From Deinococcales bacterium (GTDB lineage Bacteria > Deinococcota > Deinococci > Deinococcales > JAAFIG01), in the NCBI GenBank assembly GCA_043778225.1, contig JAYWGM010000044.1, positions 1 to 64,000 of the forward strand: 64,000 nt of DNA, written 5' to 3'. Position numbers and translations under genes: made by a program. The notes beneath the pieces were generated by a model, which had not been told where the DNA came from, made no database searches, and saw nothing but the letters and a program-made list of their open reading frames with translations. Below, in pieces: positions 1 through 10,618 of this stretch; within the stretch, counting starts at the first letter, position 1, and each line of letters opens with the position of its first letter.

Positions 1-691
1 GATGGGGGCAGCCCGAAAGTCGAGGGTGATATTGCTCGAGGATAAGTTAATCACGGCATACCATGAAGTTGGTCATGCGATTGCGGCGCATTTGTTGCCG
101 TTGTCGGATAGGGTGCATAAACTGACGATTGTGCCGCGTGGTGGAGCGGCTGGCTACATGATGCCGTTACCCAGTGAGACTCAGCATTACAGTAAAAATC
201 GTTTATTAGACCGTATCGGCGTGGCATTGGCAGGACGAGCCGCCGAAGAGCTACAGTTTGACGAGATTACGACTGGCGCACAAAACGATTTTCAGCAAGC
301 CACCCGAATTGCACGGCGTATGACGGCTGAATGGGGAATGTCCGACCATTTAGGTCATGTGGCACTGATTGAAGAAACACAAAATTATCTGGGTTATGGC
401 GCAGAGAGCCGAAGTTATGGCGAAGAAACTGCTCAAGCCATCGATGCCGAAGTTAAAAGCATCATCGAAAACCAGTATCTTAGGGTTAAGCACCTGCTCG
501 AGCAACACCGTCATGCCATGGATAGAGTTGTGGCAGCCCTGCTTGAACGCGAAACCTTAAATGGTGAGGAATTCAGCACAATTTTTGATGGTGGATTTTT
601 GCCCGAAGAACCCGAAAGCCCTAAACCGAATCTCGAGCCAGCTTTTATGCCGCCCAGTGTTTCGCCAAAAACCAAGCCGGGTGGGGCTTAA
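1..691 (+). CDS. ftsH: ATP-dependent zinc metalloprotease FtsH, C-terminal M41 protease domain (5'-truncated by window edge)
   Basis: TAYHEVGHA (HEXXH), LAGRAAEE, TTGAQND and WGMS motifs. Confidence 0.95.
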   Translation, partial: MGAARKSRVILLEDKLITAYHEVGHAIAAHLLPLSDRVHKLTIVPRGGAAGYMMPLPSETQHYSKNRLLDRIGVALAGRAAEELQFDEITTGAQNDFQQATRIARRMTAEWGMSDHLGHVALIEETQNYLGYGAESRSYGEETAQAIDAEVKSIIENQYLRVKHLLEQHRHAMDRVVAALLERETLNGEEFSTIFDGGFLPEEPESPKPNLEPAFMPPSVSPKTKPGGA

Positions 692-3600
692 ATCGCCCGT
701 AGCGCAATGCACAGTAAACCAGTCTGCGGAGGTTTGACTTTCTGGCTGAGAACATCGCGCAGCAGCACCGCCTGTTCCCGTCCAAGACTGCGTTTAATAC
801 CGCAATCGCCAAGCGGTCTGGCAAGCCGAACCAGAATTTCTTTGTGTTCTAAGCCCAAGCCAATTCGGGCAACCAGTTCATAGAGTGTCCAAAACCACAA
901 ATAGTCTTGCCTTGGGGCTTGGGTAGCGCGTAAAACAGTGCTGTATTGGCGCTCTAAAAGCAGTATCTCGACTTCGGCAAGGGCATACAAACCATGATGC
1001 CAGGCTGGAATCATCTCGAGCGGTGGCAAAGGCGTATTGGCTTGACCCAAAAAACGGGCTAAGCGCGAACGCCAAATCATCATCGCGGGGGCATCAAAAC
1101 GCTGTGCCACTTGCAAGGCTGGCTCGAGTTGCCCCAGCATGGTGTAACACAAAACACTATTTTCGGCAGCGATATTTTCAAGGTCGCGGTCGTCGGCACG
1201 TCTTGCCAAAATCAATGCTCGCTTAAAACGCTCCAAGGCAGCCTCAACCTCATCTTCTAGGGTCAAAATCACACCGGTGTTATTAAGACTAAAAATCTGG
1301 AGTTCTAAATGCCCAACTCGAGCCGCCTGCTCGGAAATTTCGCCGTGAACCTCGAGCGCCCGTGACCATTGGCGCTTGCCGGTGTAGGCGTTGGCTTCGA
1401 GGCGGCGCAGTTGTAGATAGCGCAACAAATCGGTTTCGCGGCTGAGGCGACTTTGGGTGGCTTTGGTCAAAAGTAGGGTACGGTTATACTGCCCCAAAGT
1501 TAAAGTGATTTGCCCAAGCAGCAGCAGTGCATCCACCTCGAGTTCAAGCTCATGACCTTTGAGGTTTGCCCATGCCGAAAGCGCATGGTGTCTGGCGGTG
1601 GTAATGTCGGACATCGCCAGCGCCACCCTTGCCCGTGCTAAAAGTGCCTCTGCGCCAGTGGCTCGAGCCAGAATTTCGAGGGCGCGAATCGGTTCGCCTC
1701 GGGCGGTCAAAATTTCGCTCAGACGCAAGCGGGCTTTGGCTTCGATGTGGCTATCAGCATGGTACAAAACCTCGCGGTAATGGCGCTCAGCTTCGGCAAT
1801 ATGCCCAGTCGCCCGCAGCGTCTCGGCGAGTCCAAGGGTGGCTCGAGCCCGTAACTGGCTACTTTGGGGCAAAGAATTTGCCGACTCGAGCGCCGCCCGA
1901 AAACCGCGTTCGGCAAAAGCATAATCAAGGTTTTTTAGGGCGCGTTCGCCGCCAGAAACCCCAAGCTCGAGGGCTTTTTGGTAATCCCCAGCAATGGCAT
2001 GATGTTCGGAGAGTTCGATTTCAGAAGCCCGTTTGACCAAACGCACAGCGGCTTTGGCATGAAGTTGTTGGGCGGTAGCGAGCGGAATATCCAAACGCAA
2101 CTTGGCTGCATATTCTGGGTGGGTAAAACGATAACCATTGCCCCGAGTCTGAGGGATTTCTTGTAAGACCCGCGCTCGCATCATGTCCTCGAGCGCCCCA
2201 ATGGCGGTGTCATCGTCCCAACCCAATAACTGGCGGGTATCTTCGTAATCAAAACGTGTACCAAGTACGGCTGATGCCTGGGCAAAGCGAAGCGCCAAAC
2301 CGCTTAACTGCTCCAAACGTTTCTCGAGAATTCCAGCAATACTGTTTGGAATTTGGTTTTCTGAGCGTATCCATTCAAAAATACCATCGCGCTCGACCAA
2401 TTGCCGATGCTCGAGCATACTGCGTAAACGTTCCTCGAGTGACCACGGATTGCCCGAACTGGATTCAAGTAAAACACCGCGCAAGCGGGCTTCAACTGGC
2501 GCACCAAGCCGTGCTTCGATTAAGTATTCGATTGCTTCGGGTGGCAATGGCGATAAATGAATCTGCTGGTCATGGGCTGGGAGATGTCGTTCAAAGCCAA
2601 ACGCCAAATCTTCGGGACGATAGGTCAAGACAGTTTGGACTTGGCTTGCGCCACGCAAACCATGAGCCAGCCAACGCAAATCCTCAAGACTGGCAGAATG
2701 TAAATCCTCAAAAATAATCAAGTGGCTGCTTTCTTCAAAAAGCTCGCGCAGCGCTTCATAGCGGGCAAAACGCTCTAAATCGTTGTTCCAACGCCCAGAA
2801 ACCAAACCTTGGCGGGCGGTCTCGGATAAGCCCCAGAAAATTTCGGGTTGATTTTGCACAAAAAGCTCGAGCAAACGTTCAAACCATGCCCCTTGGACAT
2901 CGGTCTCGAGCCAGCCAACCCAAAGATTGGTGCGGCTGAGTTCACGCAGCAAACGGGTTTTGCCGATTCCAGCTTCGCCAATTAAAGTCACAACCGCGTG
3001 TTCTGGCTCGAGTGCCCGCCGCAGAGCCGATAATTCTAATGCCCTGCCAACCATCTGGGCGGACAACAGTTGGCGCGGTGCGCTGATTCTGTTCTGCAAA
3101 CCACGTAAAGTGGTTGCCACTTCGCTGGCACTCGAGGGGCGCTGGTCGCCAGATTTTGCCAGTAAAGCCATAATCAGGGTCTCGAGGTCGGCTGGAATAT
3201 CCTGACGAAATTCACGCACACTGCGCGGCTCGACTTGTAAATGCGACAGCAAAACCTCGGCAATGCTTTCGGATTGAAATGGCATTCGCCCCGAAACCGC
3301 TTGGTAAAGCATCACCCCAAGCGCATATAAATCCGAACGTGGGTCGAGTTCTAAGCCACGGCACTGCTCGGGCGACATATACAAAACCGTACCGACCATC
3401 GCCCCTTCTCGGGTTAAAAGCAGGCTGTTATCGTTGGCTTTGGACAAGCCAAAATCCATCAGTTTCACAAGGTTTTGCGCCGTCAGCATCACATTTTCTG
3501 GTTTGAGGTCGCGGTGCAGCAAGCCAGCCGCATGAACCTCTTCGAGCGCATCACAGAGTTGGGCAAAAATAAAACGCACCGCTTCAAGGCTGGGACGGGC

Positions 3601-3870
3601 TTCAATCCATTGCTGCATGGTTTGCCCTTCGATGTACTCGAGTGCCAAATACGGCACACCCGCGTTTTCACCATAATCCAACACCCGAACGATATTCGGG
3701 TGTTTAAGGCTCGAGAGCGCCCGAAATTCGCGTTTCATCCGAGCGCCACCGATGTTGCTGTGCAATTGTTTTAAGGCAACCAAACGCTGCTCGACCGTAT
3801 CGAGCGCCAACAGCACCCGAGCCGAAGCCCCGACACCCAATTGGCGCATGACCGAGTAGCGTTGGTTCAT
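688..3870 (-). CDS. Ser/Thr protein kinase fused to an AAA_16/STAND-like NTPase and TPR-like repeats
   Basis: Kinase motifs VALK, HRDLKPEN, DFG; Walker A GEAGIGKT; Walker B LIIFEDLH; helical Ala/Leu-rich C-terminus. Confidence 0.9.
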   Translation of the reverse strand: MNQRYSVMRQLGVGASARVLLALDTVEQRLVALKQLHSNIGGARMKREFRALSSLKHPNIVRVLDYGENAGVPYLALEYIEGQTMQQWIEARPSLEAVRFIFAQLCDALEEVHAAGLLHRDLKPENVMLTAQNLVKLMDFGLSKANDNSLLLTREGAMVGTVLYMSPEQCRGLELDPRSDLYALGVMLYQAVSGRMPFQSESIAEVLLSHLQVEPRSVREFRQDIPADLETLIMALLAKSGDQRPSSASEVATTLRGLQNRISAPRQLLSAQMVGRALELSALRRALEPEHAVVTLIGEAGIGKTRLLRELSRTNLWVGWLETDVQGAWFERLLELFVQNQPEIFWGLSETARQGLVSGRWNNDLERFARYEALRELFEESSHLIIFEDLHSASLEDLRWLAHGLRGASQVQTVLTYRPEDLAFGFERHLPAHDQQIHLSPLPPEAIEYLIEARLGAPVEARLRGVLLESSSGNPWSLEERLRSMLEHRQLVERDGIFEWIRSENQIPNSIAGILEKRLEQLSGLALRFAQASAVLGTRFDYEDTRQLLGWDDDTAIGALEDMMRARVLQEIPQTRGNGYRFTHPEYAAKLRLDIPLATAQQLHAKAAVRLVKRASEIELSEHHAIAGDYQKALELGVSGGERALKNLDYAFAERGFRAALESANSLPQSSQLRARATLGLAETLRATGHIAEAERHYREVLYHADSHIEAKARLRLSEILTARGEPIRALEILARATGAEALLARARVALAMSDITTARHHALSAWANLKGHELELEVDALLLLGQITLTLGQYNRTLLLTKATQSRLSRETDLLRYLQLRRLEANAYTGKRQWSRALEVHGEISEQAARVGHLELQIFSLNNTGVILTLEDEVEAALERFKRALILARRADDRDLENIAAENSVLCYTMLGQLEPALQVAQRFDAPAMMIWRSRLARFLGQANTPLPPLEMIPAWHHGLYALAEVEILLLERQYSTVLRATQAPRQDYLWFWTLYELVARIGLGLEHKEILVRLARPLGDCGIKRSLGREQAVLLRDVLSQKVKPPQTGLLCIALRAI

Positions 3871-3877
3871 GTTTGCA

Positions 3878-4579
3878 TTATAAGACCGACTCGAGAATCA
3901 CTTGTGGCACAAAACGCACCGCATCGGCTGCCACATAAAAAAGCGGCACACCATCCCAAAAACGCAGCACTCGAGTTGGGTCTATGCCGTGCAGATGTCC
4001 GTAAACCACCGCATCGGGTTGCAGATTTTCGATAAATTTTGTAAAACCACTGGCTTGGAATGCGCCGTTGGTCGGTGGGTAATGCAGCATCAGCACCAGA
4101 CGGCTATAGTGTTTGCCGCGCAAAGACAATTTAGCCAACTCAAGCCGCTCGAGTTCGCGCTTATAGATTTTTTCGTCATCGGCGCTAAAGTCATCGTTTC
4201 CGGGTGCAGTCCAACCTCGAGACCCTAAAATCGCCACATCACCAACCACAACCGAATCGTGCTGTAAGGCTTGGATACTTTTTGGCAAGGCAGCCCGCAC
4301 TTTAGAAATACTGCCCCACCAATAATCATGGTTGCCACGAATAATGATTTTTTGACCGGGTAATTCAGCAATTTGCTCGAGGTCCGGCAGTGCCTCCTCG
4401 AGTTTCATGCCCCAAGAAATATCGCCAGCAATTAAGACCGTGTCGTCTGGGCGAACGGTTTCTTGCCAACGCAAAAAAAAAGCCTCGGGATGTCCATGCC
4501 AGTTGCCACCAAAAACGCTCATGCTTTTTCCATGGACACTCGATAAATGTGGGTCAGCAATTGCAAGAAGTCTGGGCAT
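3878..4579 (-). CDS. Calcineurin-like metallophosphoesterase
   Basis: DPH, GDIS, GNHD, HYPP and YGHLH motifs. Confidence 0.9.
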   Translation of the reverse strand: MPRLLAIADPHLSSVHGKSMSVFGGNWHGHPEAFFLRWQETVRPDDTVLIAGDISWGMKLEEALPDLEQIAELPGQKIIIRGNHDYWWGSISKVRAALPKSIQALQHDSVVVGDVAILGSRGWTAPGNDDFSADDEKIYKRELERLELAKLSLRGKHYSRLVLMLHYPPTNGAFQASGFTKFIENLQPDAVVYGHLHGIDPTRVLRFWDGVPLFYVAADAVRFVPQVILESVL

Positions 4580-6913
4580 TTAGTTTGGAGGAATAGCAGG
4601 CTCGGGTTCTGGGGCTGGAGGCTGCCAATTGGGGTCGTACAATTCGAGGTCTTGGCTGCGAATACTCTGATTTTTAACACAATCTGGTGGCGTGAACTCA
4701 TCGGCTCGAGGTGGCACACTGGCAGCGTTTTTGGCACAGGCATTGACGGCAATCACAAGGCGGTCTTGACCATCACCCGGAATGCTGTCTACAGTTGGGC
4801 GGCGGTACGGTTCGGGGTCTACTTGTGGCGGCGGCGGTGGCGTATTTTCGGGAATGTCTCTTCGGGTTGGATACGCCATTCGCACCCCTTGACGGACACT
4901 AAAACCGACATAATCTGGCACACGGTAGCTGCTTGGTGGTACACCCTCGAGGGCTACACGCATAAAATCCGCCCAGATTTTGGGCATATAATCGCCACTG
5001 TAAGCATTTTGTGGCATTGCTGAGTTATCGTCGTTGCCCATCCAGACTGCCCCAACCAAATTTGGAGTTGCGCCAACAAACCACATATCCACGACATTGT
5101 TGGTTGTGCCAGTTTTTCCTGCCACATCGCGCCCAGTAATTTTAGCTGCAAGCGCAAACTGCCCAGAAATCTCTTTGGGGTCGCTGACCACACCACGAAT
5201 CATGTCTAAGCCCGTATACGCCACCTGCGGCGACCAGACTTTTCGGCGCACCCGAATATCCTCTTGGCTGGGGTATAAAACCCGTCCATCGGCGGTTTCG
5301 ATGCGCAGCAAATAGGTCGGCTGAATATACAAGCCACCATTGACAAAACTCGAGTAAGCGGTTGCCATTTGCATTGGGTTGACGTTAATCCCACCGATGG
5401 CGCTCGAGTAACCGATTTCATCGGGAATCTCAAAGCCAAGCATTCGCAAGCGGTCACGAAAGGCGGCTGTACCGACATAATCTTTTAGGATTCGTACCGT
5501 TGGTAAATTGAGCGAAAAATCCAGAGAAAAACGTAAACTGCTGGTAGTTCCCGGACTGCCGGGAAAATTGCGCGGACAATAGTAATTTCTCGAGCAACCC
5601 GGTTTAGTAGGTGAGCCAGCGTCGTAAATCGATAACGGCGCATTAGAAACCACACTCCAAGGGTATAATCCTTTTTCGATGCCAAGGGTATACAACAAGG
5701 GCTTAACACTCGAGCCGGGGCTGCGGCGCATAATGCTCGAGCCAGCGCGGTTATACTCGTCGCGCCCAGAGTTATCGTTGCCACCAACCATGGCGCGAAT
5801 TTCGCCAGTGTACGGGTCTATGGCAACCAATGCCACTTGTTCATTGCCACGTGGACGACGCGCCACACCGACTCGAGTTGCATTTTCGGCAGCCCGTTGC
5901 GCTTTTGGGTCGAGGGTCGTGTAGACCCGCAAGCCGCCGCCGCTAAAGGCTTGGTCGCCATATTTTTCCTTTAAGAATTTACGCACCTCAAACATAAAAT
6001 AAGGAGCTTGGGCAGTGGTGATTTCTTCGATAATCGTAATTCGTGGATTCTCGAGCAAAGGCGCGATTACTTTTTTAGTTACTGGGTCAGTTTTGACAAT
6101 CACCGCACCGTTATAAGCGTACTGAATACCTTTCCAGCCACGTGGGCGCACAGGGTCAAGCCAGATTTTCTTGGCTTCGGCTCGAGTCAGCCATTTATTT
6201 TCGACCATCCGTTCGAGTCGAATTTCCATGCCGCGTCGCGCCCGATTGATGCTCTTAAAAAAGCCATTGGGGCTGGGCAGCAAAGAAGACAAGTACAGCC
6301 CTTCGGCGGTGCTTAAATCGATTGGGTCTTTGCCAAAATAAGCCTGTGCTGCCGCCCGAATGCCATACAGGTTACCGCCCCAAAAAGCTGTATTTAAGTA
6401 CAGGGTTAAAACTTCTTCTTTGGTAAAAAACCGTTCGGCTTGTACCGAGAGCATGATTTCTTTGATTTTACGTTCGGCAGTTGGGTCGTTATTTAAGAGT
6501 GTGGTACGAATCATCTGTTGGGTAATCGTACTGCCGCCTTGTTGGTCATCCTTAAAAACAGTGCTGTATAAACTGGCAGCAAAACGAAGCGGGTTAAAAC
6601 CATAGTGGGTAAAAAAAATTTCATCCTCGGCAGAAACAATGGCTGCCACAACGGTTGCGTCAATATCGTTGAGTTTAACCGGGCGGCGATCAATCCGTTC
6701 CTTACCAATGGTTGGCGCAAGTACCCCAATCAGGCTGCCATCTCTGGCAAAAACCTTGGTTGTTCCCTCGAGCCGATACTGGTCAAGTTCTGATACTGGC
6801 GGTAATTCTCTCGCCCAACGCAGTAAAAAAGTCGCACTGATAGCCACACCAGCAATAACCCCGACAAAGACAAAGGCAAAAATAATTTTAAGAATGCGAA
6901 AGAAAAGGCGCAT
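4580..6913 (-). CDS. Class A penicillin-binding protein (PBP1A family)
   Basis: N-terminal TM helix; transglycosylase motifs EDEIFFTHYG, GGSTITQQ, RKIKE; transpeptidase motifs SSVK, SLN, KTG. Confidence 0.93.
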   Translation of the reverse strand: MRLFFRILKIIFAFVFVGVIAGVAISATFLLRWARELPPVSELDQYRLEGTTKVFARDGSLIGVLAPTIGKERIDRRPVKLNDIDATVVAAIVSAEDEIFFTHYGFNPLRFAASLYSTVFKDDQQGGSTITQQMIRTTLLNNDPTAERKIKEIMLSVQAERFFTKEEVLTLYLNTAFWGGNLYGIRAAAQAYFGKDPIDLSTAEGLYLSSLLPSPNGFFKSINRARRGMEIRLERMVENKWLTRAEAKKIWLDPVRPRGWKGIQYAYNGAVIVKTDPVTKKVIAPLLENPRITIIEEITTAQAPYFMFEVRKFLKEKYGDQAFSGGGLRVYTTLDPKAQRAAENATRVGVARRPRGNEQVALVAIDPYTGEIRAMVGGNDNSGRDEYNRAGSSIMRRSPGSSVKPLLYTLGIEKGLYPWSVVSNAPLSIYDAGSPTKPGCSRNYYCPRNFPGSPGTTSSLRFSLDFSLNLPTVRILKDYVGTAAFRDRLRMLGFEIPDEIGYSSAIGGINVNPMQMATAYSSFVNGGLYIQPTYLLRIETADGRVLYPSQEDIRVRRKVWSPQVAYTGLDMIRGVVSDPKEISGQFALAAKITGRDVAGKTGTTNNVVDMWFVGATPNLVGAVWMGNDDNSAMPQNAYSGDYMPKIWADFMRVALEGVPPSSYRVPDYVGFSVRQGVRMAYPTRRDIPENTPPPPPQVDPEPYRRPTVDSIPGDGQDRLVIAVNACAKNAASVPPRADEFTPPDCVKNQSIRSQDLELYDPNWQPPAPEPEPAIPPN

Positions 6914-7013
6914 GGATTTATTTTAGTACACCGATATGAGGATGATTCTCACTTATGCAAAAAACAGTTTTGCTTAAACTTGAGCTTTCCGGAGTCGGGG
7001 CTGATAAACAAAG

Positions 7014-7937
7014 TTAGGCATCCAAATGAAAATAGGTACTTTGCACCATTGCACCAATGTTGTTGACATCCTCGAGCAACTTCTCGAGTGCCTCTGGGTC
7101 GAGCATATCGGCAACTTGGCTATGCTCGAGCCGAGCCGCTAACCAATTGGTCTCGTGCTGAATTTTAGTGGCGTTGGGAAGTTTTTTAAGGCTGTCGCGG
7201 ACACCTTCGACCGCATAAATCACACTGCGCGGAAAAGTCGAATCCAGAAGTAAAAACTCGGCAATGTTTTGTGGTTCTAGGCGGGTGTGGTAGCGCTTGC
7301 GGTAGGCTTCATATGCCGATACCGTTTTTAAGAGCGCCATCCAACGGTGATTCTCGAGGGCTTCGGCAACCACACTTGTGCCAGTCTGTTGATAACGAAC
7401 TTGTAAAATCCGCAACAGATTATCGGCACGTTCAATTAACTGCCCCAAGCGCAAAAATTGCCAGCCTTCGTCGCGCAGTAGGGTCGAAAGCGCAATCCCA
7501 AAAAACAAATGGCTGGTTTCACGCACCCGATTGCAGTATTCGTGTAGCGCATCGTTTGCCATCACACCATCGGTATCAAAACAGAGTTCGTGGTATGCCT
7601 TGTTGATGCACTCCCACATTTCGCTCGAGATGCGGTCGCGCAAAGCTCGGGCGTTTTCTCGAGCTTGGGTCAGGTTACTGCGAATGCTCGAGGGGTTGTA
7701 TAAATCAAACGCCAACCAGAACGGCACACTTTTAGCATCGGCATCAGCTTTGGGGTTCTGCGCCCGAAACGCCTTGACCCCACCAGTAATCGTTAAAAGC
7801 GGCAACCATTGTTCTTGTACCAGACTGCCGCCCTCAAGCGTGGCGTAATAATTAACATCGAGTAAGCGCGAGGTGCTTTCGGCGCGTTCGATATAACGGG
7901 CAATCCAAAAAAGGTTTTCAGCAACTCGAGATAGCAT
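7014..7937 (-). CDS. Alpha-E domain protein (DUF403)
   Basis: MLSRVAENLFWIARYIERAE start, second ER motif IERAD, FPRS; directly follows the CP-ATP-grasp gene. Confidence 0.92.
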   Translation of the reverse strand: MLSRVAENLFWIARYIERAESTSRLLDVNYYATLEGGSLVQEQWLPLLTITGGVKAFRAQNPKADADAKSVPFWLAFDLYNPSSIRSNLTQARENARALRDRISSEMWECINKAYHELCFDTDGVMANDALHEYCNRVRETSHLFFGIALSTLLRDEGWQFLRLGQLIERADNLLRILQVRYQQTGTSVVAEALENHRWMALLKTVSAYEAYRKRYHTRLEPQNIAEFLLLDSTFPRSVIYAVEGVRDSLKKLPNATKIQHETNWLAARLEHSQVADMLDPEALEKLLEDVNNIGAMVQSTYFHLDA

Positions 7938-9422
7938 TTAGATTCCTCCTTGGGTTTGCGATTGTTCTGTATCCTCAAGACCCCGTGATTGTCCGGTCTC
8001 GCCAAGTACCCATGTGTCTTTGCTACCGCCGCCTTGGCTGGAATTGACCACCAAACTGCCGCGCTTTAAGGCAACTCGAGTCAAGCCACCTGGAATAATC
8101 GTGACTTTTTCGCCACACAAAATATACGGGCGTAAATCCACATGGCAGGCTTCCATTTTGCCCGAATCTGGATAATAGGTTGGATGTCTCGAGAGCGGAA
8201 TAACGGGTTGGGCAATGTAGTTTCTGGGGTTGGCTCGGACTTGGGCTAGGTAGCTTTTAATTTCGGCTTGGGTGCTGGCAGGTCCGACCAGCATTCCATA
8301 GCCACCAGCTTCGCCAACCGCCTTAAAGACCAATTCGGCGGGTTTAGAAAGCATCATCTCGAGGTCGGATTTATCCCAGCCAAGCATTGTCGGGACATTA
8401 CCCAGAATTGGTTTTTCGCCAAGGTAATACTCAATCATTTTTGGCACATAAGCATAGACCGCTTTATCGTCGGCAACCCCAGCCCCAACGGCGTTGGCAA
8501 GCGCCACCCGCCCTTGACGGTAGACCTCGAGCAAACCTGGCACACCCAGCGCACTTTCGGTCTGAAATTCTACGGGGTCGAGGAAATCATCATCCACACG
8601 GCGATAAATCACATCCACCTGCGCCCGTCCGATTGTGGTTCGCATCCAGACGCGCCCATCGGCAACAAATAAATCGCGCCCTTCGACCAGTTCTACCCCC
8701 ATTTGTTGGGCTAAAAAGGCGTGTTCAAAGTACGCCGAGTTGTACATTCCGGGGGTTAAAACCACCACCACTGGGTTATCGCGTTGCGATAAAGAGCGCA
8801 GCACCTCGAGCAGCACCGTGGTGTAGTGCTGGACTGGGCGAACATTCATGCCTTCAAATAAACCGGGCAAGGTGCGGGTGAGGGCAGTGCGGTTTGCCAG
8901 CACATAAGACACACCGCTTGGGGTACGCAGGTTGTCCTCGAGAACCAAGTATTCGCCGCGTTCGTTGCGAACCAAATCCGAACCGACAATATGGGTAAAA
9001 ATACCCAAAGGTAGTTTGAGGTTAAAGACCTCGCGGCGAAAGTTGCTGCACGACAAAACCAATTCTCGAGGTATGACATTATCGCGCAGGATGGCTTGTT
9101 CGCCATAGACATCGCGCAAAAAAGCATTCAGTGCCAAAACACGCTGGGTCAAACCACGCTCGAGGTGCGCCCACTCGGTAGCTGGGATAATCCGTGGCAC
9201 GGGGTCAAACGGAAAAGTCCGCTCTGTGCCTTGGGAATCGCCGTAGACCGTAAAGGTAATGCCTTGGTTGCGAAAAGTTAAATCCGAAGCTGCCCGTCGG
9301 CGCTCGAATTCAGCTTTGGGGATGCTGCTCAGGCGCTCGAGAATGGGGGCATAGTGCGCCCGAGGCTGACCATCCTCAAACATCTCGTCAAAAAATCCAG
9401 TGTGGTTGTAATCCTTGAACAT
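7938..9422 (-). CDS. Circularly permuted type 2 ATP-grasp protein
   Basis: VLEDNLRTPSGVSY, YRRVDDDFLDP and VNSSQGGGSKDTWV motifs. Confidence 0.93.
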   Translation of the reverse strand: MFKDYNHTGFFDEMFEDGQPRAHYAPILERLSSIPKAEFERRRAASDLTFRNQGITFTVYGDSQGTERTFPFDPVPRIIPATEWAHLERGLTQRVLALNAFLRDVYGEQAILRDNVIPRELVLSCSNFRREVFNLKLPLGIFTHIVGSDLVRNERGEYLVLEDNLRTPSGVSYVLANRTALTRTLPGLFEGMNVRPVQHYTTVLLEVLRSLSQRDNPVVVVLTPGMYNSAYFEHAFLAQQMGVELVEGRDLFVADGRVWMRTTIGRAQVDVIYRRVDDDFLDPVEFQTESALGVPGLLEVYRQGRVALANAVGAGVADDKAVYAYVPKMIEYYLGEKPILGNVPTMLGWDKSDLEMMLSKPAELVFKAVGEAGGYGMLVGPASTQAEIKSYLAQVRANPRNYIAQPVIPLSRHPTYYPDSGKMEACHVDLRPYILCGEKVTIIPGGLTRVALKRGSLVVNSSQGGGSKDTWVLGETGQSRGLEDTEQSQTQGGI

Positions 9423-9441
9423 GAATAATTATACAGCTTTG

Positions 9442-10188
9442 TCAACGGCTTGTCAGTGCCTCGAGCGCTGCCCGCGCCGCCGTATGGTTCGGGTTAAACT
9501 CGAGCGCCCGGCGATAATTTTCTTTGGCAGCTTGGAAATTACTTAGTAACTCAAGCGCCCGTCCACGCCAATAAAAGGCTTCGGATAAAGATGGATGCGG
9601 CTTTGGGTTCTGCATTAAAGTAATCGCTCGACTCAGAACGATTTCAGCTTCTTGTGGGTTATTTAAGGACACCAACAATGTCCCTTGGTGCAACCACGGC
9701 AGGGGCTGACTGGCATCGAGCCGCACCGCACGGCGGTAGGCTTCGAGCGCTTGATTAAGGTCGCCACTGCGCCAAGCGGTTGCCCCCCAATCCATGGCAT
9801 AGCGAAAGACTTCTTTAGGCACAGCACGGCTGGTGCTGCTCGAGGCAACCCGCAAATCGAGCAGCGCCTCCTTAAAACGGTTGGTGCTGGCGCGAATCAG
9901 CCCACGCTGCCAATACGATTCTGGGCGTGGCAAGCTCGATAAGCGAAAACACTGGTTAATCGCATCCTCGGCACGCGAAAAATAAACTGCCCCACCCGCC
10001 AAATATAAGGCTCGAGCCAACAAAAAAAAGCCCTCAGGGTCGGCAGGGCGGGCTTTGATGTGCGCCTCGAGTTTAGGGATGGCGCTTAAAAAATCGCCCT
10101 GTTCGATGCGAACTCGCAAGACCGGTAAATCTGCAACTTGCGCCAATACCGAAGCGCAAAACAGCAGCCACACCACAAAAAAACGCAC
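9442..10188 (-). CDS. Exported TPR-repeat protein
   Basis: Signal peptide; TPR patterns such as AFYWRGRALELL...YRRALEFNP. Confidence 0.8.
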   Translation of the reverse strand: MRFFVVWLLFCASVLAQVADLPVLRVRIEQGDFLSAIPKLEAHIKARPADPEGFFLLARALYLAGGAVYFSRAEDAINQCFRLSSLPRPESYWQRGLIRASTNRFKEALLDLRVASSSTSRAVPKEVFRYAMDWGATAWRSGDLNQALEAYRRAVRLDASQPLPWLHQGTLLVSLNNPQEAEIVLSRAITLMQNPKPHPSLSEAFYWRGRALELLSNFQAAKENYRRALEFNPNHTAARAALEALTSR

Positions 10189-10189
10189 C

Positions 10190-10576
10190 TCAGCCCCGAC
10201 CTACAGTAATCGTTCGCCCAGCTTTGCGAAAACGAATCTCGAGTTGTCCAGCGCGGTACTGCGCTACACCACTGCCCAACTCGACGGCTTTTGGAATCTC
10301 GAGCAGCCGCCCAAAAGAACCCAATGGGCGTTCGCCGTGTAAGCGCTCCCCATAGCCCTGGTCTTCTCGAGTCCCTGCAATGGTCAGTTGTGTGCCATCG
10401 TGGGTAAGCTCAAGCAACGACATCTCCAGACCGGGCGCATCCAAGACCAGCAGTAAATCATCATCGGATTCAAACCAGTCGGCGGCTGGCGACCAGCCTG
10501 CCCGTTGCGAGATTTGCGCCACCCGCTCACGAATTTTAGCCAGTTGCGACAATGGCTGCCAAGATTTGATTTCCAT
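10190..10576 (-). CDS. Hsp20/alpha-crystallin small heat-shock protein
   Basis: PAADWFE, DAPG, ERPLGSFGR and AQYRAGQLEI motifs. Confidence 0.85.
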   Translation of the reverse strand: MEIKSWQPLSQLAKIRERVAQISQRAGWSPAADWFESDDDLLLVLDAPGLEMSLLELTHDGTQLTIAGTREDQGYGERLHGERPLGSFGRLLEIPKAVELGSGVAQYRAGQLEIRFRKAGRTITVGRG

Positions 10577-10618
10577 AAAGTCATTTTACGCCTTTTACTC
10601 GAGATGACGATGTGGAGC

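Noticed and set aside
6953..6977. Possible radiation/desiccation response motif (TTATGCAAAAAACAGTT) upstream of PBP1A
   Set aside because: The 3' end departs from the palindromic consensus as I recall it, and PBP1A is not an expected target. It may be a simple inverted repeat.
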